A program made the translations under genes and the position numbers. A stretch of DNA of 59,484 bases, the filler included. It is 6 parts of 6 records of this genome, joined end to end, with 100 filler letters (N's around TTAATTAATTAA, not from the genome) between each part and the next. Parts side by side here need not be neighbours in the genome. Positions count along the whole stretch, not along the records: positions 48,602 to 53,609 come from SRR2962707_554; positions 53,710 to 59,484 come from SRR2962707_556; 4 more parts are not named here. One strand, written 5' to 3'. The notes under the pieces are model-generated. The model saw only the letters and a program-made list of their open reading frames with translations. It ran no database searches and was not told where the DNA came from. Positions within the stretch are counted from its first letter, which is position 1. Each line of letters begins with the position of its first letter. Below, piece after piece: positions 50,132 to 59,484 of the stretch.

Positions 50132-51556
50132 TCAGACCCGGCCGAATTCATCTTCGATGCGAATGATGTCGTCTTCACCGAGATAGGAACCGGTCTGGAC
50201 TTCGATCAGCTCCAGATCGATTTTGCCAGGATTGGCGAGGCGATGCACGCAGCCGGGCGGCAGGTAGATCGACTGGTTTTCGGTCACCACGCTGACCGCG
50301 CCATCAATGGTCACCTCCGCCGTGCCACGCACGACCACCCAATGTTCAGCGCGGTGGTGGTGCTTTTGCAGGCTGAGCTTCTTGCCGGGCTTTACGAACA
50401 GGCGCTTGACCTGGAAGCGGTCGCCACTGAGCACGGATGAATAGCCACCCCATGGCCGATAGGCGGTGCGATGCACTTCGGTCAGGCTGGCAGTTTCGGC
50501 GTCGGCACGCATGCGCTGGACCATGTCGCCAACCTTTTGCGCGTCCGAGAGCCGGCCGACATAGACTGCATCATTGGTGGCAATAACGGCGATATCCTCG
50601 ACGCCGTTGACCACCACATGGGCGTGGTCGGTCATCACCAAGGAGCCGGATACATCATCCAGGGTCACCGCGCCCTGCGTGACATTGCCGGACGGATCGC
50701 GCTGAGCCGACTTCCACACAGCGTCCCAACTGCCCAGGTCCGACCAGGGAAAGTCGACGGCAACGACCACCGCCTTGTCGGTTTTCTCGAAAATTGCGTA
50801 GTCGACCGAGATATTCGGAGCGTCCGTGCAAGCGGACACGTCGAGCCGTATGAAGTCGAGATCCACACAGGCGCCAGCCACAGCGGCTTGTGCAGCCTCG
50901 AAGGTCTCCGGTGCCAGCCTTCGGCACTCACCAAGAAACGTGCTGGCATCCAGGACGAACATGCCCGAGTTCCAGAAATGTCCTTTGGCGGACAGCATCT
51001 CGATAGCGCGGTGCATGTCAGGTTTTTCAACAAAGCGTTGTACGGGGCAAGTTTTCGCGCCGACCTTGGCATCCGCTTTGATGTAGCCAAATGCGGTTTC
51101 GGGATGTGTCGGAACAATTCCGAAGGTGACCAGCTTGCCTGCCTTGCCCGCCGCTATGGCCTGGGTGACCGCCAGCCAATATCCTTCAGTGATTTCAACC
51201 TCATGGTCGGAAGGCACGACATGGAGAATGGCGTCACCGTGGCATTGCCGTGCATGGGCAGCGGCGGCAGCTATGGCAAGGGCAGTATTTCTGGCCACGG
51301 GTTCTAGCAGAATGCTCGCGGGAACGATTTCGACCTCGGCGGCCTGCTCAGCGACAAGGAAGCGGTATTCCGCATTGGTGACGACGATGGGCGGTGCAGA
51401 ATAAAAGGGGCTATTCACACGCTGAAGCGTCTTCTGGAAGAGGCTGAGAGGTCCCGTGAGGGGCAAAAACTGCTTGGGACGCGCCACGCGCGACATTGGC
51501 CAGAGCCGCGTTCCCTGGCCACCAGCCAGAATGACGGGGATTACCTTCTTGGGCAC
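50132..51556 (-). CDS. manC: Mannose-1-phosphate guanylyltransferase / mannose-6-phosphate isomerase
   Basis: LAGGQGTRLWPMSR..PKQF, EPVARNT, FVEKP, WNSGMF, WSDLGSW, RPWG, LSLQKHHHRAEHW cupin. Confidence 0.96.
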   Translation of the reverse strand: MPKKVIPVILAGGQGTRLWPMSRVARPKQFLPLTGPLSLFQKTLQRVNSPFYSAPPIVVTNAEYRFLVAEQAAEVEIVPASILLEPVARNTALAIAAAAAHARQCHGDAILHVVPSDHEVEITEGYWLAVTQAIAAGKAGKLVTFGIVPTHPETAFGYIKADAKVGAKTCPVQRFVEKPDMHRAIEMLSAKGHFWNSGMFVLDASTFLGECRRLAPETFEAAQAAVAGACVDLDFIRLDVSACTDAPNISVDYAIFEKTDKAVVVAVDFPWSDLGSWDAVWKSAQRDPSGNVTQGAVTLDDVSGSLVMTDHAHVVVNGVEDIAVIATNDAVYVGRLSDAQKVGDMVQRMRADAETASLTEVHRTAYRPWGGYSSVLSGDRFQVKRLFVKPGKKLSLQKHHHRAEHWVVVRGTAEVTIDGAVSVVTENQSIYLPPGCVHRLANPGKIDLELIEVQTGSYLGEDDIIRIEDEFGRV

Positions 51557-51748
51557 CGTTGCTGCTCCGATCGGCCAGACATTATCGGATAAATACTGCG
51601 CATCAAAAATGTAATGGCAGTATCACAATTCAAAAATTGTTAGTTCGTGTCAGTTGATGTTCGGCGGTAGCATGATGACGATCAGACTTTACTGCAGCGC
51701 GGTGTGTCAACTCCAGAATAGTCGTGGCCCGCAGAGAGCGTGAACGTG

Positions 51749-52981
51749 CTAGATCCGACTGCCTGTTTCCAAGGCCGCGAAGTCGGTCTGGTCGAGTGTC
51801 GACAGGGTCTTCATCATCAGGCCTCTGAAGATGGGCTCGCGCTCGTCGGGATGGGCGAGGATTTTGGGTAGCCCGTTGATTCTGCAGACCAAGGAGGAGG
51901 ACAGTGCGGCCTCGACCTCGGGCCTAAGCAAGTCCAGGGCGCGCGCGCCAGGCCCGACAATGAGGATGTGGGTGGGGTCGAACATGGCCATCATGCGGCT
52001 CAACCCATAGCCGATGGCACGGCCAGCCAGATTGAAGCCATGAGTCGCGTCTCTGTCACCGGCCTCCGCACGCTGGATTAGTGCGTCGAACTGCTGCGCA
52101 GGGACAGCGGGGGCAGGGGGGGTGGTGTCGGGCACCGAATAGCTGGTGCGCAAGATGCCATAGTCGGCCGCATAGGCCTCGATGCAGCCACGCATGCCGC
52201 AACGGCACAGGGCGCCGTTGGGCATATGGTTCATATGTCCGAATTCGGTGGCGCCGCCCTCGCTACGGCCGGTTATATGACCGTGCAGGCTAAGCCCCAT
52301 GGCGACCGTCGAACCGACGAAGACCGTAGCCACGCTGGATTGGTGCAGGTCGGGGTCGAGCCAGCGCGTGCCTTCGGCCAAAAGCCGGCCACGCTTGTAG
52401 AGAGCGACCGGCAAACCCGAGTCTCGTGCAAGGTCATGCGCAAAGGAAGACCCGGCCAGATTGGCAATGGGCGACCATTTCAGACCACTATTGTCCGGGT
52501 TGAGAATGCCTTGAACGCTGATGGCGATGCGGCGGAGTGTCCGGGCCGCCTGCGGCGTGCGTTCGCGAAGGTTGTCCAGATGGGCGCCGAAGAAGTCGCC
52601 GGGCTGCGTTTCGGCAAATGTCGATGGCGATATGGCCGTTTCGATCCGATCCACCAGCACACCGGAATAGTCGACAAGCGAAGCGCGCAGGCGATTTACG
52701 TCGATCTCGAAAAGGGCCACATAGGCGGCCGCACGCTGGAAGCCAACCAAGGTGGCCGGCCTGCCGCGCATGCGCCCATCGGTGCGTTCGGGACTGGTGA
52801 GTTCTTCAACAACCCGCTGCGCGAGCAGGTCTTGCATGATGGCTGTGACGCTGGCGTGGCTTAGGCCCGTAATACCTGCCAAGGCAGTGCGCGACTGAGG
52901 GCCGCCTGAGCGCAGGGCACTCAGGATCAGTCCGCGATTTTGCCGCCGGACGCTATCACTATCGCTGACGTTTCGCGTCAA
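51749..52981 (-). CDS. xylR: ROK-family transcriptional repressor (XylR-like)
   Basis: N-terminal HTH ([20 protein letters not shown]), EFGH and [12 protein letters not shown] Zn motif; divergent from xylF; TTG start after GGAGAAGG inferred. Confidence 0.85.
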   Translation of the reverse strand: MTRNVSDSDSVRRQNRGLILSALRSGGPQSRTALAGITGLSHASVTAIMQDLLAQRVVEELTSPERTDGRMRGRPATLVGFQRAAAYVALFEIDVNRLRASLVDYSGVLVDRIETAISPSTFAETQPGDFFGAHLDNLRERTPQAARTLRRIAISVQGILNPDNSGLKWSPIANLAGSSFAHDLARDSGLPVALYKRGRLLAEGTRWLDPDLHQSSVATVFVGSTVAMGLSLHGHITGRSEGGATEFGHMNHMPNGALCRCGMRGCIEAYAADYGILRTSYSVPDTTPPAPAVPAQQFDALIQRAEAGDRDATHGFNLAGRAIGYGLSRMMAMFDPTHILIVGPGARALDLLRPEVEAALSSSLVCRINGLPKILAHPDEREPIFRGLMMKTLSTLDQTDFAALETGSRI

Positions 52982-53045
52982 GCGGCCTTCTCCCCCAACC
53001 CCAATTTCCAAAACAGCATTGTGCACGCCATATCGCAACACACGA

Positions 53046-53122
53046 ATTTCTTCGAGGCCCGAAAATGACGTTGACATGTCGCGGCGGCGCGTGCGAGACC
53101 TTTTTTCGAGCAGTAAAAATAA
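53046..53122. promoter_or_regulatory. Two ROK-type operator sites flanking a TTGACA -35 box
   Basis: TTTCTTCGAG-GCCCG-AAAATGA (53047-53068) and TTTTTTCGAG-CAGTA-AAAATAA (53101-53122); TTGACA at 53071-53076. Confidence 0.65.
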
Positions 53123-53210
53123 TGCTCAGGGCGCAGGGAGGCGGCGCCCGGTTGGGGATAAGCCGCCAACTTGCATTGCGGGCAGCAAATCTGCCCATGG
53201 GAGGACAGAT

Positions 53211-53609
53211 ATGAAGAAATTTGCAGCAGTCCTGCTGGCGTCGACCGTGCTTATCGGCTCGGCTGTCGCGCAGGACCAGATTGTCGTCGGTGTGTCCTGG
53301 AACAATTTCCAGGAAGAACGCTGGAAAACTGATGAAGCCGCTATCCGGGCCGCGCTCGATGCTGCCGGCGCCGAATATATCTCGGCAGACGCCCAGTCGT
53401 CCGCGTCCAAGCAGTTGACCGATATCGAGAGCCTGATCAGCCAGGGTGCAGATGCGCTGATCGTTCTGGCGCAGGATAGCGATGCCATTGGCCCCGCCGT
53501 GGCTGCGGCTGTCGCAGAAGGTATCCCGGTGGTCGGCTATGACCGCCTGATCGAGAACCCGGACGCCTTCTACCTGACTTTCGACAACAAGGAAGTGGGC
53601 CGCATGCAG
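53211..53609 (+). CDS. xylF: D-xylose ABC transporter substrate-binding protein, 3'-truncated
   Basis: GGGAGG RBS; signal peptide; [39 protein letters not shown]. Confidence 0.88.
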
Positions 53610-53709
53610 NNNNNNNNNNNNNNNNNNNNNNNNNNNNNNNNNNNNNNNNNNNNTTAATTAATTAANNNNNNNNNNNNNNNNNNNNNNNNNNNNNNNNNNN
53701 NNNNNNNNN
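53610..53709. other. Artificial contig spacer
   Basis: 44N-TTAATTAATTAA-44N. Confidence 0.99.
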
Positions 53710-53730
53710 TTGTTGTTGTTGTTGTTGTTG
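53710..53730. repeat. (TTG)7 microsatellite at contig start
   Basis: Read directly. Confidence 0.9.
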
Positions 53731-53902
53731 TGCTGCTGCGAGCGTGCATGCGACGGTGTTGGTGTTATCCTTTTCTCTTGGGTGCAATGGCGGGTCGCTA
53801 TGGTTAGAGCACGGGTTTCGGTTTTTCTTTTATTACTCGCTTTATGTCGAAGGCTTTGCTGCCCCGTAGACCACTGTCGTTCGGGCGCTCGCACGTTCAT
53901 TT

Positions 53903-56900
53903 TTAGTTCGGTCGCTTGCCCCCCTTCGCCTGGCCCCCGCTCGCGTTCTTCCTCCCACCGCCACCAGTGCCGGCAGTGTCTTGAAATGTGTCGAAATAGT
54001 GCTCCGCTTTCTGCCAGGCGGCATGGTCCATCAGCACTGCGCATGTGGTTGCAAGGGTCGCTCTGTGCTGCGTCTTGCTGTCACGACTATCACCAAGACT
54101 TCCATAAATGTGAGTGCGGATGAATCCAGCGAGCGACTTGGGGTTCACTGCCTCAGACAAAATCTGTGTGTTGACGGCATTGCCATCACACATTGCCACC
54201 AACGTCGGGAACAACACAGCCTACGGCAGCAGCGGCAGCAAATTAAAACCAGCAATGGTGTCCAACAGGACTCAAGACACATGCACCCATTGCGTAAACC
54301 CGTGCACCCAAAAGCAGGGTAACATCACGCACGCACCTGCAGTTGAGGGTTCGAAAAGTAACGAAAGGGGCAGCTCTTGACGAGGAGGGACAGGATGGTT
54401 GGGGGTTCTCCCCAGTGCATAGCGTCCTGATTGGCCGCATGCCCGTGTGTAAACAAGCCGATGCTGCGAATGGCCCAGTTCAAGACATCTTCATCGCGGC
54501 ACTGCCCATCAGAGATGGGCGGGCCAACACCGCCAGTCCCGCCGCCGCCGCCGCCGCCGCTACCGCTAGCACCGTAGGCGAACGGTGGTGGCGATACAAC
54601 GAGATACTTGCCGAGTACAAACTTTATTAGGTGGGTAAAGGCGGCCTGCACCCCGCGCGACGCAAGAATTTCTTGCACTAACTCGGCATTTTGCAAGCCA
54701 AGGTTCACCAACATTCGCACTGCTGGGACAATAAGGGTGCGTACGTCCAGCTGTTGCAGCAAAGGGGCCTGCAGCCGAAACAATGCTGCAAATGAACGTG
54801 CGACTGAACATGGAAAAGACCTCGAAAAAAAACGGGAAGGCGGGCACACGCAGCGACTTTCGTACCGCTTTGTTCTGTTCGGGATTCAGCAAGACCGTCA
54901 ACAGCAAAGGGATAATGCCCCCAAACTCGGTCACTTTCATGGTGTGCAACAGTGATGTCTGAGCCCCGCGCTCTTGTTTAGAGCCCATCCCAGGCTTTGG
55001 CTGTTCAAAGTGTGCGTAACCACCAGCCGGGCGCGAGATGAACTCAAGAAAATTGAGGACCGCAACGCTCACGTGGAGTTGAGCAGCCGTTGAGCCATCA
55101 AACGAGTTGAATACCGTCGAAAACCACGAAACACAGCCCAGGTTCGCGCAATACTTGACCAGTTCCTCCCGCACAAACACGAAAGTGGCAGCTGGTTCGG
55201 CAGTCGGCACACCTGCACTATCTTCGGCTGTCGCAGCGCTGGTGTTGTCACCAGCGGGGCTGCTGTGGCCGGGCCGTGCCGCATGAGCTGCCACGACAGT
55301 GTTGCCTGGCGGCACACCCAATCGCTCCATATCACAGTCCATGGCACAGATCAAGAGCTCTAGTAACCTCACAAAAATAGCTTCCTGCGTCGACAGCGAA
55401 TCTTCGGACAAGACCACTCGCTGATCTCGCATGAATTGCCGCAACAAATCGAAGAGTAAGAAGACGTCGCCAGACAGTAAAACGTATCTACATCATCAAC
55501 ACACGCGCAAGCGTGGCAGCAATGGTCAACCCCTGCTATGCTATGCGGGCACCAAGGAAATCCCCACCCTTGTGCAAACACGTACCGACGTGCAGCACGC
55601 CAGTGCTGCAACACCAACCCTAGAAGTTCAAGCATTCTCCCAAAGACCTTCGCGTCCCGCTGAAACGATTCGAAGCGGCATAAAGCAAGCAGCGCGTGTA
55701 GCGTGGTCGCATCGGCAAAGAATGGCGGCGCCGGAGACAAATCTTCCACTTGCTGTGGCGCATTCGCCGGAGCCATGCGCCCAGCCGACTGCGACGCTGC
55801 GGACTCCACAGCCACCGCAGCGTCTCGAAGGTGAGCAAGCATACGTTTCCGCTGCTTCGCGTTTTTATGCGCGCTGCTACTGCCTCTACTACTGCTACTA
55901 CCACCAACACTGTTCGCCCCATTGCTATTGATCGACGTGCGCTTACCACCCTTGCTTTTACGGTGGTTGCCGCCTAGCCTCGAAGCCGGAGTTGTTGCTG
56001 CCGTGGCCGCGCGGCTGTTGCTGCCTGCGCCATCGCCCCCGCTGAAGAAAAACGCCTCGAGCGATGCACAACAATGGCGGAACATGCGGGCTTCTGCCGT
56101 AATCGACGGCGTGGTGGAGTCGTCACTCGTTGGCTCTGTTGGCATAGCGGAGAGACGGAGAAGTTCGTGCCGGGACAGGCCACTTAACTTCGACAGGAGC
56201 GCAACTCGAACCGTTCGGGCTCGTTTCTTCATCGCTTTCGTCGACACCGCTTGCAATGAAAGGGCATGAGGTGGCAAGTCGATTGTATTGGTAGCACCAT
56301 TGCGATTGCCAGTACTGTTGCCAACGGTGGGCAACTTGGCTTTGGGCCCTCCGCCAAGCCCGACTCCCTCCACAACAATACGAGGGATAAACGGTGCGGA
56401 AGACGCTCTAAACCGGGACTTGACAGTTTGATGCTTGTCTCCCGCCGGGGCCGTCTGAGCAGGAGAAGTTCCAGCGGAACGAGGCGAAGAACCTTCGTGG
56501 GATTCGACACCCTCTCCCGACATAGACCCTTGACGGGCGGGCAACACGGGCTTGGCAAACTCAACACCAGGAATTTGCTGCCCCTGATTGTATTGCTGAG
56601 TTATTGCCACGAGCAGGCGGTGCTGCTGCTGCTGTAGTTCTTGGGCTTCCTGCGCCTCCAACTCAGCAACGCCTCCGACAGTTGTTGCGGTTTTCGAAGC
56701 TTGGCTGCCGTTTCTGCTACTGGCACGTGGAGGGAGTCCATGCTTACTGGATGGACGGCTTCAAAAGCAGAACCAACCAACCCATGTAAGTGTGAGACCT
56801 GGCGCTTCGAGTACATTGCACACAACAAACGACCTCGCACCAGTCACATACCTGTTGTTAGGTGTTGACGATGCGGATGTGCTCTGCTCATCATCCGCCC

Positions 56901-59013
56901 TGGAATTTCCTTTCTTGCTATCCTTCGAGGCGGTCGGCGATTTGGTCATTTTTTGCTGCTTCGCACGAATAGTCTCCAAGTGTTGTTGCCTTCTGCGTGC
57001 AGCATCGCTCAGCCGCTTTTCCAGACTGTGTTTTCCATGGCTGCCCTCCATACGCTTAATGAAAGCCACTTCAGCAACCTAATAAAGTGCGTTGCGTTGG
57101 TGACAGCAGCAGTGAGCGCAAAAAAAGGGCAGTTGCGTCCCCCTTGCCGCGTGAAAGGTACGACAGCCCATGCTATGCTTGCCTTTTCACTTTCGATGCC
57201 TGCCTTTCGAGCAATTTGCTCAATGTACTTTTCACGGGCGCGTGCTGCTTTTTCGAGGGCTTCATCAATTTCAGAGCGCAGCGCCTCACGCGAGCGGTGT
57301 TGAGCAGTGGAGCTGCAATATAGAACGAGTGACAAAGGATGTCCTCAACACTTCATGAATTCAAAATTCAACGGACGACTATCACGCGCACAACGACCAC
57401 GTACACGTCTTTGATTCTTGCATGGTAGTTTTTGTTTTTGCGCCGACGCTCTTCGTCGTTACGCGCTCGATGCAGGCGGGCCGTCTCCTGCTTCTTGTCG
57501 AGTTCTTGCTGCAGCTGGGAGCGAGACTTCGAGGCTTTTCGCTCCGGGGAGGAAAGCTTTTCGTGAAGGGCCTGTCGCCGAGTGAACGCGAGTGCGCCGT
57601 TCAAGATCATGCAAATAAAATGGAGTGGAACACCAAGTTCAAGGATAAGCACAACGCCATGTACCCGAACTCGCGGAGACGGTGTTTTCGCTTTGGTGCT
57701 TCGTCCAGAGATAGCTGGGGCCGCCGTAGCAGCTGTGGCACCAACAAGTCGATCAGGCGCGGATGCGTTGGAGGACCGTTGGACCCGCAGCGCTTCGTGT
57801 GTCATCGGTTTTCGCCAGGCGGAATTCTCCGGCAATGATGCCCGTACCTGCGATGGAACGCAAACGGCGGGCAAACTAAAACACCTTGGCGGAGCTTCTG
57901 GCCGTGGAAGGTAACGTCACGGCCAACACACTGAAGACGTAAAATTGCCGGTACCTGCTCAAGGGCTTGCAGCTGCTGAACGATTTTGGACCGCTGCGAC
58001 GTCGGCGATGATTTGCGAGTCGGAAAGGCAATGGCAGACTTGACGGCACCTTTTCCACCCGATGCTCTTCGCGTTAGTCCACGACCAGAGATGCCTTCTC
58101 GGTCGTTTGGCGTGCCCGCGGTTGAGCTGCGGGTTTCAGCGCTTTGCAGTCCGACATCACTGCCGATCGCAGTGTTATGGCCCAGTTGCTCTGCCAGTGC
58201 TTGTCTGTGCGAAAGCTCGGCCTACGCAACGGTATGCGAACAAGGGATGAAGTGGCATGCATCATTGAAATGGCATGCATCATCGAAATGGCAATTTCGC
58301 CTAGACCACACAATTCGAAAAACGAGGGAGCACCAGTGCCGGTAATCAGTAACACCCACCATTTCCATCTGCTCTAATCGCGTCAGCAGCTGCCGAAAAT
58401 CGTGAGCGCTTTGATCCAGAGCTGAAACCGCGACTGTGCAACGTTCAATGTCACTGACGTACTCCACCATGTGGTACAGGTCGTCCACAGCGCGCTCCAG
58501 GTTCCCAAACAGGCACCCCCAGAGTTTCTCGCGAATTCGGTCTGCCTCCACCCGCGATGCTTCGTGTGCAAACGGGTTTCCGTGATTGGTGGCTTCGTCA
58601 CCACCCAAGTCTGCCCCTTCTGCAATCCCCGCCAGGAATCCGTCGGTGCCACCTGCGGAGCTGTCCAAGATGGGCGAGCGCCTGGCAGTATGCTGATGCT
58701 GATCGTGCACTGAATCCGCAGCCGCCGGAGACTCAGCCCGGTCTCTTCCATTTGTCACCACGTTGAACGGCCTCTGCTTCCGGTCGCGCTCGTGGTGGTA
58801 GCGCGTGGGCGTAGTGCTCCCGCCAGACCCTGTTGGGCTGTTGCCGCCATCTGGAGTGTTACCCGGCGTGTGGAAGGACAAGTCCAGGATCGCACTGGCA
58901 CTCACACCAGCACTGTCTCCATCGGCTCGGAACTCTGCAGCGGACGCCTCCTCCCCGAACGAGTCTGCTTTTTGCGTGGCAGCAGCTGTCGCCACAGACA
59001 GCCCGGAAATCAT
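53903..59013 (-). CDS. SCAPER: Multi-exon SCAPER (S-phase cyclin A-associated protein in the ER) homologue; true start uncertain
   Basis: Collinear blocks: WGCLFGNLERAVDDLYHMVE (SCAPER_N-like), LHEKLSSPERK, EQIARKAG..VAFI coiled coil, and C-terminal IGLFTHGHAANQ..PTIL..PFRYFSNP..LFPTLVAMC.GN..N..IL; separated by GT-AG introns. Confidence 0.85.
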
Positions 59014-59469
59014 GCTGGCGGTGCTGCAGCCGGCAAGATTAACGTACGGGCAGCCAGGCAGGCAGGCAGTCAGGTTGCCAATCAGTCAGCCAGCAGGAAC
59101 GTGGATGGGTAACTACTAAGACAAGCAAGCAGCAGAAGTTTCACGGAAGCAACCGCGACTTTTTGCCTGCCTGTTTCCACTCTTCACCCCACCATTGACC
59201 GCCTCAAGAGCGTGTGTGCGTGTGTGGGTGTGGGTGCGTGTGGCGCGAAGATCTCCACGTCGCTCCACTCAAAGCAACGTGAAAGGGCAGAGTCCACTGA
59301 AGCAAGATACGGAGCCACAGCAGCGAGAAGAGGAAGGAAGAAGAAAAAGAAGACGAAGAAGAAATGGTCGAAGCGGAAAGAAGGGAGGAACCACCGGGGA
59401 TACGCTTGAACGAGTTTCGAAACGGCCTAAGAGAAGGCTCACGCAGTGAGAAGCGGGAGAGAGTCTCAA

Positions 59470-59484
59470 GAGAGAGAGAGAGAG
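59470..59484. repeat. (GA)n at window end
   Basis: Read directly. Confidence 0.85.

Overview
This window is not one genome. It is six unrelated contigs joined by artificial 100-bp spacers (44 N + TTAATTAATTAA + 44 N at 8564-8663, 22926-23025, 28548-28647, 48502-48601, 53610-53709), so adjacency across spacers means nothing. Contigs 1 (1-8563), 3 (23026-28547) and 6 (53710-59484) are from an intron-rich, probably flagellated, microbial eukaryote. They carry a 13-exon acidic/coiled-coil/PDZ-like gene, a coiled-coil + PGPGxY (SHIPPO-type) repeat gene, an apparently intronless transglutaminase-like + degenerate FKBP + KDEL fusion, a myristoylated IQ-motif protein and a SCAPER homologue. Contig 2 (8664-22925) is alphaproteobacterial: TRAP permease, ATP-dependent oxoprolinase/hydantoinase, TolC, PLP dehydratase, serine hydrolase, TAXI-amidase-M20 hydrolase operon and a DUF4340 gene. 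Contig 4 (28648-48501) is Flavobacteriaceae-like: rimP-nusA-infB, SPOR protein, actABCDEF (alternative complex III) + aa3 oxidase subunits II/I, a Flavo-1-like structured RNA, ahcY and a PPTase. Contig 5 (48602-53609) is alphaproteobacterial: cysNC, manC, ROK repressor and xylF. The best novelty candidate is the ER-retained transglutaminase-FKBP fusion (possible bacteria-to-protist transfer). No CRISPR array, rRNA, tRNA or transposase was found. All family calls are by motif recognition; no database search was run.
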